Part shown: positions 23,856 through 37,859 of the stretch, in pieces | How positions within the stretch are numbered: position 1 is the first letter of the stretch | How the letters are laid out: each line of letters opens with the position of its first letter | Origin: Malacoraja senta | Lineage: Eukaryota | NCBI GenBank assembly: GCA_038087875.1 | Contig: CM075989.1 | Coordinates: 25,360,001-25,424,000, forward strand | Direction of reading: 5' to 3' | Length of the DNA stretch: 64,000 nt | Notes under the pieces: model-generated | What the model saw: the letters and a program-made list of their open reading frames with translations, nothing else | Told to the model about the DNA's origin: nothing | Database searches by the model: none | Position numbers and translations under genes: made by a program

Positions 23856-25302
23856 CCCCGTCGACTGATACTCTCCTCTGCCTAGCGGAGCTGGTCCTTC
23901 CCCTTAATAACTTTTCGTTTGACTCCTCCCATTTCCTCCAAATATAAGGCGTAGCTATGGGCACGTGCATGGATCCCAGCTATGCCTGCCTCTTTGTCGG
24001 GTACGTCGAACAATCCTTGTTCGAGACGTACCGTGGCCCTATGCCCGAACTCTACCTCCGCTACATCGACGACTGCATTGATGCTACCTCCTGCACCCAC
24101 ACACAATTCACTGACTTCATACATTTCACCACTAACTTTCATCCGGCACTCAAATACACCTGTACCATTTCCGACATTTCCCTACCATTTCTTGACCTCA
24201 CTATCTCCATCGCAGGTTTCAGACTACTGACCGACATCCACTATAAACCCACTGACTCCCATGGTCATCTGGGCTACACTTCTTCCCACCCTGCTTCCTG
24301 TAAGGACTCCATCCCCTACTCCCAATTCCTCCATCTACGTCGCATCTGCACCCAGGATGAGGTGTTCCATACCAGGGCATCGGAGATGTCCTCATTCTTC
24401 TGGGAACGGGGATTTCCCTCTTCTACATAGATGAGGCTCTCGCCAGGGTCTCTTCTATACCCCGTGACTTTGCTCTCACTCCCCATCCCCCACGCATAAC
24501 AAGGGCAGAGTCGCCCTTGTCCTGACCTTCCACCCTACCAGGCGTCACATACAACAAATAATCCTCCGACATTTTCGCCACCTCCAACGTGATCCCACCA
24601 CTTGCCACATCTTCCCACCTCCTCCCCTTTCCGCAGACCGCTCCCTCCGTAACTCCCTGGTCAATTCGTCCCTTCCCACCCGAACCACCTCCTCTCCGGG
24701 CACTTTCCCTTGCAATCGCAAGAAATGCTACACTTATCGCTTTACATCCCCCCTTAACTCCATTCAAGGACCCAAGCAGTCTTTCCAGGTGCGGCAGAGG
24801 TTCACCTGCACCTCCTCCAACCTCATTTATTGCATCCGCTGCTCGAGATGTCAGTTGCTCTACATCGGTGAGACCAAGCGTAGGCTTAACGATCGCTTCG
24901 CCGAACACCTCCGCTCGGTTCGCAGTAACCAACCTGATCTCCCGGTGGCTCAGCACTTCAACTCCCCCTCCCATTCCAAATCCGACCTTTCTGTCCTGGG
25001 CCTCCTCCATGGCCAGAGTGAGGACCGCCGTAAATTGGTGGAGCAGCACCTCATATTTCGCTTGGGCAGTTTGCACTCCAGCGGTATGAACATTGACTTC
25101 TCTAATTTCAGGTAGTCCTTACTTTCTCCTCCCCTTCTCAGCTCTCCCTCATCCAACTGGCTCCACCTCTTCCTTTCTTCCTCCCGCCCCCCCTCCACCC
25201 TCATATCAGTCTGAAGAAGGGTTTCGACCCGAAACTTTGCCTATTTCCTTCGCTCCATAGATGCTGCCTCATCCGCTGAGTTTCTCCAGCATTTTTGTCT
25301 AC
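23856..25302 (+). mobile_element. 5'-truncated Penelope-like retroelement (RT + GIY-YIG endonuclease) with 3' terminal repeat
   Basis: GVAMG...PSYACLF.G...YLRYIDD RT motifs (23957-24430). NLIYCIRCSRCQLLYIGETKRRL.DRFAEH GIY-YIG with Cys pairs (24789-25115). A few stops and frameshifts. Confidence 0.9.
25208..25242 (+). ncRNA. Minimal type I hammerhead ribozyme motif in the Penelope terminal repeat
   Basis: AGT CTGAAGA A GGG-TTTCGA-CCC GAAA CTTT GCC. The stem III/cleavage region is slightly degenerate. Confidence 0.5.
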
Positions 25303-25534
25303 CACCAGTTATTAGATAGAAGTGGATTTGGTCCTGCAATATCAAATCTTGATTGCTTTCGCTCCTTTAATGGCTTGCTCAAATCACAAGGGCCAGGGCA
25401 CGACAAACATTAAATACCTGCTCACTAACAAGCATCTGTAGACCTATGCCAGACCCCCACCCTGAATAGTATCTAAAGAGCCGTGGATTCCTGCAAAGCA
25501 ACCTGACTCAGCAAATGTGTACACAAAGGGTTAT

Positions 25535-27900
25535 AGAATCATAGAGTCACAGAGCGGGGAAACAGGCCCTTCAGCACAACTTGCCCACACCAGCCAACAT
25601 GTCCCATCTACACTAGTCCCACCTGCCTGCGTTTGGCCCATATCCCTCTAAACCTGTCCTACCTCTATCTGTCTAAATGTCACACCCACTGCAAAAAGAA
25701 ATGTTGATACACTTGCACATTAAATGACTGGCCCCTTATCTTGTAGCTATCTCTCTTTGTTTGAGATTCTCCAACTAGTGAATTTTAAAAATGTATCCTG
25801 TCAAGCCCTCTTTGGATCTTTCCTGTTTGAATAAGATCATCCCTCATTTGTTGGGTTTGACTGGAAAATGGCAAATGTTACTCCACTGTTCAAGATGGTA
25901 GAGAGGCAAAAGAGGAGAAACTATGGGACGTAAACCTGACTAGTAGTTGGTAGATTTTATTATTATTATGGTTTCCCCGTACTGAGAAACACATGATAGA
26001 ATAGGCCGTAGTCAGCATGGTTTTCTGAAGGGGATATTTTGCCCGACAAATCTGTTGGAACTTGAGTCATAGAGTGATACAGTGTGGAAATAGGCCCTTC
26101 CGCCCAACTTGCCCACACTGGCCAACATGTCCCAGCTACACTTGTCCCACCTGCCCACGTTTTGTCCATATCCCTCCAAACCTGTCCTATCCTTCAAACT
26201 GTTTCTTAAACATTGTGATATTCCCGGCCTCAACTACCTCCTCTGGCAACTCGTTTCATATACCCATCACCCTTTGTGTGAAAAAATTGTTGAGATCCAG
26301 TGTGGATTTTTTAAGCTTATTTCTCTCATGTTGAGTTGAATTTTTTGAATAGTAAATCCCTTATGTTGCCTTTGGTTTTGTGGTTAACATCCCTTCATCT
26401 ATTCTTGCTTTCTAACTGCTTCTTAAATGTTGGGATCGCTCCTGCTTCAACTACCCCCTCTGTCAGCTTGTTTCATACATCCACCACCCTTTATGTGAAA
26501 AAGTTACCCCTCAGATTCCTATTAAATCTTTTTCCCTTTACTTTAAACCTACGACACCTGGTCCTCGATCCACCTACTCTGGGCAAGAGACTCTGCATCT
26601 ACCCGATCTATTCCTCTCATGATTTTACACATCTCTAGAAGATCACCCCTCGTCCTCCTGCGCTCCAAGGAATAGAGTCCCAGCCTATATAACCTCTGCC
26701 TATAGCTCAGACCCTCAAGTCCTGGCAACATCCTCGTAAATCTTCTCTGTACCCTTTCCAGCTTGACAACCCTTTCATATTTCACAACTCTTTGAGGAAG
26801 TAAATAGCAGGATAGACAAAGGAGTGTCTGTGGATGCTGTTTACGTGGATTTTCAAAGTGCCGCACATGAGCCTGCTAAACAAAATGAGAAACCATGGTA
26901 TTTGAGGGAGATGCTAGCATGGATAGAAGTTTGGCAGAATGCAAAGAGTGGGAATATAGTTTTTTCTTCTGGTTGGCTGCCAGTGAGTAGTGGTCCGCAT
27001 GGTCTGTGTTGGGTTTTCTAATCTTCACGTTGTATCTAATGATTTGGATGATAGTTTTGATGGCTTTGCTGAAGATATGGAGGTCAGGTAGTGCAGAGGA
27101 AGCAGGGAGTCTGCAGAAGGACTTGGACAGGTTGGGAGAATGGACAAAGAAGTGGCAGATGGAACACAGCGTAGCAAAGTGTGCGGTCATGCTCTTTAAT
27201 AATAGGAATAAAACCGTATACTTTTTTTAAATGGGGAAAGGATTCAGAAATCTGAGGTGCTGGAGCAGCATTTTCAAAAGGTTAATTTGTATGTTGAATC
27301 GCTAGTAAGGAAGGCAAATGCGATATTAGCACTCATTTCGAGAGGACTAGAATGTAAAAGTAGAGATGTAATGCTGAGGCTTTATAGGGCACTGGTCAGA
27401 CCACATTTACAATTTTGGTGCCCCATATCTGAGGAGTGATGTGCTGGCATTGGAGAGAGTCCAGAGGAGGTTTACGAGAATGATCACGGGGATGACTGGA
27501 TGAAAGTAGGATGAGTATTTGATAGCTCTGGGCCTGTACTCGCAAGAGTTTAGAAGGATGAGTGGGGACCTTATTGAAACTGACTGAATAATGAAAACTT
27601 TGGGGAGAGTCCAGGGCCACAGGGTACAGCTTCAGAATAAAAGGACATACTTTTAGAAAGGAGATAAGGAGGAATTTGTTAAGCCGGGTGATGGTAAATC
27701 TGTGGAACACATTGCCACAGATGGCTGTGGAGGCCAAGTCTTTGGTAATTTTTAATGCAAAGATAGACAGGTTTTTGATTTGTAAGGATGTCAAAGGGGA
27801 GAAGGCAGAGAATAGGGTTGAGAGGGAAACATAGATCAGCCATGATTGAATGGTGGAGCAGATTTGATGCGCTGAATGGCCTAATTCTGCTCCTATGTCT
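25535..27900. mobile_element. Cluster of CR1 fragments in both orientations
   Basis: Repeated LERVQRRFTRM.PGL, LQKDLDRL.EW..KWQM and LYRALVRPHL motifs, with 3' UTR tails. Confidence 0.8.
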
Positions 27901-28299
27901 CGTGAAGCAGGTTTTGAAACACTCACTGAATACCCCTATCTCTAATTTGCTATTTTTTGCCTGTAACTGCAAACAAAAGTGCAATCACAAAGAGATTATA
28001 AAGAGGATGAGTTTATATGGGATTAATAATAGTGATGAAGCCATAAATAATGTGTTGTATCAGAGATCATGGCCTATCTCGATAATTGAAAAAGATCATT
28101 TAATGGTAAATTCTATACACCTATATCACCTCTTTAACCTAAATATTGTATTTGGGTGACTATTCTTCCATGGTTTCGGATCTGAGGTTAATAAAGTCAT
28201 AGAGACACAGGCCCTTCAGCCTAACTCGAAGGCAGGAGAACTCGAAGGGTTGAGAGGGAAAGATAGATCAGCCATGATTAAATGTCAGAGTATACATCA

Positions 28300-29522
28300 A
28301 AGATAGACACAAAATGCTGGAGTAACTCAGCGGGACAGGCAGTATCTCTGGAGAGAAGGAATGGGTGACAATTGACAATAGACAATAGGTGCAGGAGTAG
28401 GCCATTCGGCCCTTCGAGCCAGCACCGCCAATCAATGTGATCATGGCTGATTATCCCCAATCAGTACCCCGTTCCTGCCCTCTCCCCATATCCTCTGACT
28501 CCGCTATTTTTAAGAGCCCTATCTAGCTCTCTCTTGAAAGCATCCAGAGAACCCGCCTCAACCGCCCTCTGAGGCAGAGAACTCCACAGATTCGCCACTC
28601 TCTGTGTGAAAAAGTGTTTCCTCGTCTCCGTTCTAAATGGCCTATTCCTTATTCTTAAACTGTGGTTCTGGACTCCCCCAACATCGGGAACATGTTTCCT
28701 GCCACTAGCGTGTCCAAACCCTTAACAATCTTATATGTTTCATAGAAACATAGAAAATAGGTGCAGGAGTAGGCCATTCAGCCCTTCGAGCCTGCACCGC
28801 CATTCGATATGATCATGGCTGATCATCCAACTCAGTATCCTGTACCTGCTTTCTCTCCATACCCCCTGATGCCTTTAGCCACAAGGGCCACATCTAACTC
28901 CCTCTTAAATATAGCCAATGAACTGGCCTCAACTACCTTCTGTGGCAGAGAATTCCAGAGATTCACCACTCTCTGTGTGAAAAATGTCTTCCTCATCTCG
29001 GTCCTAAAAGATTTCCCCCTTATCCTTAAACTGTGACCCCTTGTTCTGGACTTCCCCAACATCGGGAACAATCTTCCTGCATCTAGCCTGTCCAACCCCT
29101 TAAGAATTTTGTACGTTTCTATAAGATCCCCCCTCAATCTTCTAAATTCTAGCGAGTACAACCCGAGTCTATCCAGTCAATGAGATCCCCTCTCATCCTT
29201 CTAAACTCCAGAGTGTACAAGCCCAGCTGCTCCATTCTCTCAGCATATGACAGTCCAGCCATCCCAGGAATTAACCTTGTAAACCTACGCTGCACTCCCT
29301 CAATAGCAAGAATGTCCTTCCACAAATTAGGGGACCAAAACTGTGCACAATACTCCAGGTGTGGTCTCACTAGGGCTCTGTACAACTGCAGAAGGACCTC
29401 TTTGCTCCTATAGACCTTTCGGGTCAGGTCTGAAGAAGGGTCTCGACCCGAAACATCACCCATTCCCTCTCTCCAAAGATGCTGCCTGTCCCACTGAGTT
29501 ACTCCAGCATTTTGTGTCTATC
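28300..29522. mobile_element. Three-level nest: Penelope palindrome > CR1 (28370-29410, minus) > younger CR1 (28741-29178, minus)
   Basis: Palindrome arms at 28300-28369 and ~29415-29522. The outer CR1 reads continuously as TTATATGTTT|CAATGAGATCC once the inner (CATAGAAA)n-tailed copy is removed. Confidence 0.8.
29427..29460 (+). ncRNA. Minimal type I hammerhead ribozyme motif
   Basis: GGT CTGAAGA A GGG-TCTCGA-CCC GAAA CATC ACC: stem I GGU/ACC, stem II GGG/CCC, and AUC cleavage triplet. Confidence 0.55.
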
Positions 29523-30087
29523 TAGACTGCGGATAGTACTCAGCCAAACACATATTGGAGAGGTAGGAAGGGAGAATGATAGGAGGCCAAGTTGGGTTCT
29601 TTGCAAAATTAATTAAATACAGTCAATTGCAATATAGCTTTATCAAGAACTGTATTCAGATTGGCCATTCGAGTGCACCAGCATGTCATATTCAGTCATC
29701 CAAGTGACCATCTGCTGCGTAGTCACCAGTTCTCATTAGACTGTTCCTACCACAAAAAACAAGTAGCATTGAGCTCTGCCTAAACCTCTGAACGAGGGAC
29801 ATACAGTAGAATTAAGCAAAACTATGCAATGGAACTCCAGACTGCAACACACAGAACAATTACACAATTTCCTAATGCTAAAAAAACTCTGTACGCTGAG
29901 TTAATCTCACAGATACTATTGGCTAACTTGTACAGGGCTGATTACAGGGAGCCTTTCACATTTCACAAACTGTGAAACAACCTTTAATACTCAAATTTCC
30001 ATGTGAGAAATAAAATCCAAAGTAGTTTCATTTATTAGTCAATAGATCCCAATTGGAAACATGAGAGGCTTGCATGCAATTTTCTTT

Positions 30088-30648
30088 TAAGTTCAAGTTC
30101 AAGTTCGCATTTATTGTCACTTAACCAATTAAGATAGTTACATTTGAGTTACCATACAGCCATACTAAGTGAAAAGAACACAATACACACATAAAATAAA
30201 ATTAAACATAAACATAAACATCCACCACAGTCGAATCAATCATCCCGAGTTGGCCACTTCTTACCGGAGACCGCGGCTTCATGGTGTTAAAAGTCCACAG
30301 GCCCCGTGGTCGGAGCACTTCTTCTGGTGATCCTCGGCAAAGGATCGCAGCTCCGCGATGTTAAATTCCACGCCACGCTTGTGGCTTGAAGCTGCAGGAC
30401 AGTCTCCAGGAAAGGCCGCACCAATCCAGTTGTTAGGCCGCGGGGGGGGGGGGTGATGAGACACTGAGAAAGTCGCATCTCTGTCGAGGTAAGTAACTGA
30501 AAAAAAGTTTCCCCCTATTCCCCCCTCCCCCCACACACATAAACTAACCAAGAAACATTGAAACACACATTTAAAACATACTTAAAATAATAAAAACAGA
30601 AAAGGGACGTGACAGACTGCTGGCGAGGCAGCCATTGCTGGCGCCACA
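30088..30648 (-). mobile_element. Unclassified non-autonomous retroelement(s) with (CTTGAA)n tail
   Basis: Minus-strand 5' end GTGGCGCCAGCAATGGCTGCC. The 3' end GTGACAATAAA followed by (CTTGAA)n resembles the Rex1/Babar tails elsewhere in the window. Confidence 0.4.
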
Positions 30649-31009
30649 TTTCTCTATGTTAACTTAAACATCTTGGGGCAAGAGTCCACTTCTCCTTACT
30701 GTAACCTGCTTTCTCAGTAAGTCAGTTAATTTAGCTCTCATATAAAAAAATATCTTCGGCAGAGCATTGCATAGATTTTCATAACAATTTCTTCATATTC
30801 TCACGATGAACATGATAACATTTTACATCCGATAACACCACCATTCAGCACAACAATTTATACAATTAAACATAGACCAAAAGATGAATTCCAGAGGTGA
30901 GCTAAAGTCACTGCTTCATATATCAGCGCAGCAATTTAACAGGATCATAGAAATATATATATATATATGGCCACAAATCCACACAGATCATCAAGCCAAC
31001 ACTAGTTTA

Positions 31010-31317
31010 TTAGAGATACAGCGTGGAAACAGGCCCTTCAGCCCACTGAGTCCACGTTCACCACTAATCACCCGTTCACACTAGCTCAACATTATTCCCA
31101 TTTCTCACCCACTTCCTACACACTAGGGACAAATTATGGAGGACAATTAACCTATAAACCTGCACGTCTTTGCAATGTGGGAGGAAACCGGAGGAAATCC
31201 ACACAGTCACAGAGAGAATGTGCAAACTCCACACAGACAGCACCTGAGGTCAGGATTAAACCTGAGTTTATGGTTCTGTGAGGCAACATCTCTGCCAGCT
31301 GTGCCACAGTGCTGCCT
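31010..31317 (-). mobile_element. tRNA-derived V-SINE (HE1-type)
   Basis: Reverse-complement match to the SINE at 21539, covering head, V-domain and tail. Confidence 0.75.
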
Positions 31318-33579
31318 AGATGAGTTGTTGAAAATCTTTCTCAATCACAGGCATTGCAACAGAGCTTTATTAGTGGTACACAGACTGCAAAGCATGGAGA
31401 GCTAGCAAAAAGGAACTTCAGAATGTTAGTTTATACCAAAGATAGACACAAAATGCTGGAATAACTGCGGATGCCAGTTTATACTAAAGATAGTGCCGAT
31501 GCTGATTTATACCAAAAATTGTGCCGATGTTGGTTTATACCAAATATAGTGCAGATTACTCCAGCATTTTGTGTCCATCTTAAGCTAAGAAAGTTGTAGT
31601 GTATTCCAAAGGCCAAACTCTTTTATCAATACATGGAAATATGAACAAAAATATTTTTCATGCTGAGCCCAAGCAGTGCTCACGTTACCAAGATGGTACT
31701 GAAGAGAAAGCTTGTGGTGAACTACATTGAAAGTATTTATTCTAGTAAACTAGATGATTTGATGGCATCTGAATTACGTGAAACCCTGAATATCCGCCCA
31801 AGACACTGGTTACAAACTCTTTTCCTCAAGTACTAAATCTCTCCCTCTTCGTGGTAACTGTCTGCACTGAAAAATACTCTACAAATGTACTTTACTTTTT
31901 TAAATACCAAGGTAAACTTAAACCTCTTGTGTAAATGCAATATGTACTCAGAGTAGGGGCATCAAGGAACCTAAGGTGTAACTTTCTTTACACAGAGGTT
32001 GCCAGGTATATGGGAACGAGCTGCCAGTGAAGATAGTTGAGGCAGGTACTATTACAACATTTAAAAGATATTTGAATTGGGACATGTATAGTAAAAGTTT
32101 AGAGGGATATGGGCTAAATGCGGGCAGATGAGACTCGCATTGATGGGGCATTTTGGTCGGCATGGACAAGTTGGGCCAAAGGGCATGTTTTCGTGCTGTG
32201 AGTAGGCAAAAAGGTGTTGCATTGGTGTCTTAAGTGGTAGGGATAAATTAATGAGAGGTACCAGAAGGTACAACCTAACTCAATTGTTCCCAATTATGGG
32301 AAGAAAATCAGTGTGTAACATCACAGGAAGACTATTAGCTGGTAGGTTTTGCAGCTTCTTCCTCTCCGATTTAAATACATTTACTGTAAATTACAATCTA
32401 CAGCAAACAGTATAACCACAGTTGGTACTTTACAACCAGATTATTAATTAATCTAAATTATAATTAAAGTTATAAATAGATGAAAATGTAATTACAGATA
32501 GAATAAATTGAATTGTAGCCGAGGTGGTTGGGCAGGTGATGTATTACGGTTTAGTATGTGGTGGTGGTTGGGCAGGTGATGTATTGCGGTTTAGTAATGT
32601 GGAGGGTGTTAGGAACCATTGTGTTCCACAGCAGCCACATTGGCAGAAGATATCTGCAATCAGAGGAAATTGCTCTCATATTTAATGAGCTGCAATCAGA
32701 GTTTCACACTTTGATAGGAAGGATAACATCCAGGCAAGAATAAAATTAGTTTGTTCTGGGAAGAAGTCACATTCCAGAAGTTGTTTAATGTATATTTGGG
32801 CAGAGGGCAGGGACAGAAGGCTGGGTCTGGAGTGAGGCAAGTTGGGGATCCAGAATATGGTATTGCTGGAGTCTCTGCCTTCGTACATTGCAGATAGGAG
32901 CAGAGACCTTAGGAAATTACACAAATTGACTATAGCACTGATACAGGAAGCATTCATGTTGAAAGAGTGAAAAGGAATAGCACAGGAAGGATCTACATAA
33001 GGTCTCGTTAAGTCACAAGCATAAGTTTCAAAAGTTGTGTGGCTGCCCAGTGCCGTGGGTAAAGATGTCTCCTTGGGATTGGAGGATGACTTGAAATTGG
33101 AGGGAAAAGTTCCAGTTGTCATTGTCATGCAAGGGGATATTTACTGGATAAACAATTCATCAGGTGAAAATTTGGCCACTGCAGTGTTGTGATCTGCATT
33201 AATATTTCATAAATTGGAAGGTGTATCCCATTAGTTTCAATATAAGCCACTGGCTATATTCTGGAGTTCAAGAATTTTGATCAAAAATGCTAAAATACAT
33301 CAATACAAATGAAAGTAATGAAATATTATTAATCTCAACTGTAAAATAAGACAATAATAACATAGATAATGTACTGTTTTAGGGTACCCACCAACTCTCT
33401 ATCTCTTCCCCCCCCCCACCCCACCCCAGCTCTTGTCAGCCCATCCTCTCTCCCATCCTCGTCAGTCCACTCCCTCTCACAGTTATCTCAGGTGCTTTCT
33501 ATGCCCCCACTCTCACCAGCCTACTCTCTCTCTTTTAGCTCTTGTGGGCACTCTTCTTTTCCAATTCTTCAGAGCAGTC

Positions 33580-34090
33580 TAATGCACAGTAGAGAGCATG
33601 CTGACCGGTTGCATCGTGGCTTAGTTTGGCAACTTGAGCGCCCTGGAGAGGAAAAGACTACAAAAAGTAGTAAACACTGCCCAGTCCATCATCGGCTCTG
33701 ACCTCCCTTCCATCGAGGGGATCTATCACAGTCGCTGCCTCAAAAAGGCTGGCAGTATCATCAAGGACCCACACCATCCTGGCCACACACTCATCTCCCT
33801 ACTACCTTCAGGTAGAAGGTACAGGTGCCTGAAGACTGCAACAACCAGGTTCAGGAATAGCTACTTCCCCACAGCCATCAGGCTATTAAACCTGGCTCGG
33901 ACAAAACACTGAACTTTATTAGCCAATTAACTGTTATTTGCACTTTATCAGTATATTGATTCATGTGTGTATATATTTATAGAATGCCTTATAGTCAATG
34001 CCTACTATGTTCTGTAGTGCTGAAGCAAAGCAAGAATTTCATTGTCCTATCAGGGACACATGACAATAAACTCACTTGACTTGACTTGAC
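33580..34090 (+). mobile_element. Rex1/Babar LINE 3' fragment
   Basis: RKRLQKVVNTAQ.IIG..LPSI..IY..RC..KA..IIKDP.HPGH.L.SLLPSGRRYR. Tail GACAATAAA(CTTGA)n. Confidence 0.8.
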
Positions 34091-35454
34091 AGTCTCCCTC
34101 CTCTCACCACGTCTAATCCCTCTAGTCACTCACCCATGCAATATCACCTCCTCAACTGTTCCCACCCTGGCTCTTGCTAACTCTCTCCTTTGGCTCCAGC
34201 CACTCTTTCCACCATCAATCTAACCATGAACCCTGTTCCCCGTCCTCTTCCTACCACCTGTAAATTGAGAACACATAGAATCAATTGTGTAACAGCAACA
34301 ATTTGTAAAGAGAGGGATTCCTGTATCAACAACAAATCTCCAAAATGCTACTAAAACCTGATGTGTGTGAGCATGTGTGTGCATAGGGGAGGGGGGGAGG
34401 AGGAATGGAATGTTCAGATGGCAGAATGTTAAAGGAAAAGGGGAAGATAATTGTGCAGGTATTGATTTGGATGCCCTAACCAGAGTGGGACAAGAAAGAA
34501 CAGCATGAAAAGGCAAGAGTGGAGAAAATGGTGAAAAATCATGTTTAAAAGCTCTACCCAAATGCATAATGATAGATGAACTAATGGCACACAGAGAATG
34601 TCTGGCTTAATAGCCACTGGAGAGATGTGATTGCATGATGACCAAGGCTGGGGACTGAATAATCCAGGGATCTTAACATTTGTAAGGATAGATAAGTAGG
34701 AAAAGAAGATGGTGTGGTTCTGTTAATTGGTTGGTTTAGGTGTGAGAGATGATCATGGCTGAGATGACGAAGAAGTAGAATCAACGGGTGGAAGTAAGAA
34801 AGAGCAAAGAAATGATGGGAATTATCTATGTGAGAAATAATTAAGACTTGCGAGAAGGATGCCAAAACTAATTGTGACTATGATTTTCCTATAGATTGTA
34901 CAAATCCTTCAAGACATTCCTAAATACCTTCTTTTTGACCAAGCTTCTATTTTAATATCACCAATCCCAATACCTTTCCTTGTAGCTCGTGAAACTAAAG
35001 GGCATAATGTAACTGCATTATAGGCCTGTCTACAAGGTGGACAACACCGAGCACAAAATATTTTTGAAATCTTAGACGGGAAATAAACAAGGAGGAAGGG
35101 CAGTCATTGAAAAAAACTACTTTTATAACAATAGCATTAGATGTGTTGGGTAGAATCAAGGCTTCAATCAGGATTTTTAAAAGTTGACAGTTATCTACAG
35201 AACTCCAATAGTAAGGAAGCAGCACCAGGCTGCATAAATACAGTCACCAGAGAAGAACTTTGGTAAAGTTCTTAGAGTGATTATCATGGGAATTATTTAA
35301 CTTATATATTGGTTGGAGAAGAAGAGTGCAAATTATAACTGCATCTAAAACATGTTCAGTTGAGTCTGCTCAAACAAATATATTTTAGAATTGCTTAACA
35401 ATTTGACCGTGAGTGAATAGCTTACAATCAATTAACTCAACAAGTACAAATCTA

Positions 35455-35925
35455 AACATAGAAACATAGAAAATAGGTGCAGGAGTAGGCCATTCGGCCC
35501 TTCGAGCCTGCACCGCCATTCAATATGATCATGGCTGATCATCCAACTCAGTATCCTGTACCTGCCTTCTCTCCATACCCCCTGATCCCTTTAGCCACAA
35601 GGGCCACATCTAACTCCCTCTTAAATATAGCCAATGAACTGGCCTCAACTACCTTCTGTGGCAGAGAATTCCACAGATTCACCACTCTCTGTGTGAAAAA
35701 TGTTTTTCTCATCTCGGTCCTAAAAGATTTCCCCTTTATCCTTAAACTGTGACCCCTTGTCCTGGACTTCCCCAACATCGGGAACAATCTTCCTGCATCT
35801 AGCCTGTCCAACCCCTTAAGAATTTTGTAAGTTTCTATAAGATCCCCCCCTCAATCTTCAGAATTCTAGCAAGTACAAGCTGAGTCTATCCAGTCTTTCT
35901 TCATATGAAAGTCCTGACATCCCAG
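35455..35925 (-). mobile_element. Young CR1 3' end, near-identical to 28741-29178
   Basis: Same (CATAGAAA)n tail. Translation differs by only a few residues. Confidence 0.88.
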
Positions 35926-36132
35926 ATAGACACAAGTGCCGGAGTAACTCAGCGGGACAGGCAGCAGCATCTCTGGAGAAAAAGAATAGGTGACGTTTCG
36001 GGTCGGAACCCTTCTTAAGACCCTTCAGATCCGAAACATCACCTATATTTTTTCACTGGAGATGCTGTCTGACCCGCTGATTTAATCCAGCACTCTGTCT
36101 ATATCTTTGGTATAAACCAGCATCTGCAGTTC
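35926..36132. mobile_element. Penelope-derived palindromic element
   Basis: Inverted arms around GGTGACGTTTCGGGTC...CCGAAACATCACC. Confidence 0.7.
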
Positions 36133-36221
36133 TTAAGTGAGGCTAACTTCTTTGAGACCTAAACTATTAACAGGTAAACCTATAACAAGTTGGAGACATT
36201 CAAAAGAATATTTAATTCTTT

Positions 36222-36968
36222 AGGAGGCAACATCATCCGAGGACGTACACACCACTGAAGATAAATGAGGATACTGTAGATAGGGTGAGCTGGTTTAAAT
36301 ACCTGGGCGTCCACATCTCAGAGGATCTGACATGGACATCACACGCTACCGCACTGGTGAGTAAGGCAAGGCAGCGCCTTTACCACCTCAGGCAATTGAG
36401 GAAATTCAGAGCGTCTCTGAGGATCCTCCAGTGCTTCTACTCAGCGGCTGTGGGAAGCATCTTGTCCGGAAACATCACAATCTGGTTTGGGAACTGCTCT
36501 GCCCAGGACAAGAAGTCTCTGCAGAGAGTAGTGCGTTCGGCTGAACGCACTATGGGAACTACACTCGCCCCCCTGCAGGAACTGTACATCAGAAGGTGCA
36601 GATCCAGAGCCAACAACATTATGGGGGACCCCTTCCACCCCAGCAACAGACTGTTCCAGCTGCTACGGTTAGGCAAACGCCTCCGTTGCCATGCTGTGAA
36701 AACAGAGAGGATGAGAAGGAGTTTCTTCCCAGAGGCCATTAGGACTGTAAACTCCTATCTCACCAGGGACTAACTTACTGTACCAATTTACTGTTGTGTG
36801 GTGTCTTTTTAAAATTGCTGTTTTTTCTTCTTTTTTTCCACAAATATGTAATTACTGATTCTGTTCCATTCTGTTTTGTAGTTTTTTTGCACAATCCGCA
36901 AGCATTGCCACTTTTCATTTCACTGCACATCTCGTATGCGTATGTGACGAATAAACTTGACTTGACTT
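36222..36968 (+). mobile_element. Rex1/Babar LINE 3' fragment
   Basis: ORF 36285-36773 FKYLGVHISEDLTW..H...LV.KARQRLYHLRQL. Tail AATAAA(CTTGA)n. Confidence 0.85.
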
Positions 36969-37859
36969 AATCCTATACAAGATCGGCATTAAGGACTTTA
37001 ACAACAAAGGATCCCTTTTGTCAAAAGTAAGTTAAGAAATGTATTTGTGTACAGTAAAAGGAAAGGCTTGTAAAGTGCCATATCAAGATTAAATAACATT
37101 TTTATAAATATACTTAAGAAAGGAAGTAGTTAAGAAAGTGTGAAACAATTATAGATAGACATTGATTCTATTGTAGTCAACAGTAAGGAAATGGTAGGTG
37201 TATACTTTTGCAGTCATTTCAGAGCAGAAAAAATACTATGACAGAAATAAAAAAGAAATACATTTTTGGCTTTAATGCAAGGTTAAATAAATGGTAATGG
37301 GAAAATAATCAAATTTCACCCTGGGATATTATAAAATCGTGGATGAGAAAATTCCTAGAGGGTTTACTTATTATCTTTCAAACATTCGCTAATGCAGAAA
37401 ATGTATCAGTGGATTGGAAAATTTATAAAATATATCATATATGTATCAGTGGATTGGCAAAAATAAAAAAATATATCATAATGTGACAATTTTAGGTGGG
37501 AGCGAGAGAACAATAGACTTTTCAGTTAAAGGTCAATGGTGGTTATGGAATCTGTTATTAGGGAGTAAGTAACCAACATGCTGGATTTCTATAGATTACA
37601 TCTTCAGGAGGATGTTGTAGAACAGTGGTTAATTGATTAGCAAAGGCCTGGACCACGCAGGTACAAATGGTGTTGTGGTAGCCAAATAAACAAAACAATT
37701 TAATCACATAGTCACTAATGTCCTTCAGGGAAGGAAATCTGCCATTCTTAATCAGTCTGGCCTTAACGTAACTGTAAAGTCACCAATGCAATTGATTCTT
37801 AATTGCATCATTTGAGAGTCAACTAGACAATAAATAAATGCAAATCAAGGAGATTCACA

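Noticed and set aside
31468..31555. Three 28-bp tandem units (GATGCTGGTTTATACCAAAGATAGTGCC-like)
   Set aside because: A local slippage copy of the Penelope-derived arm sequence, with no independent significance.
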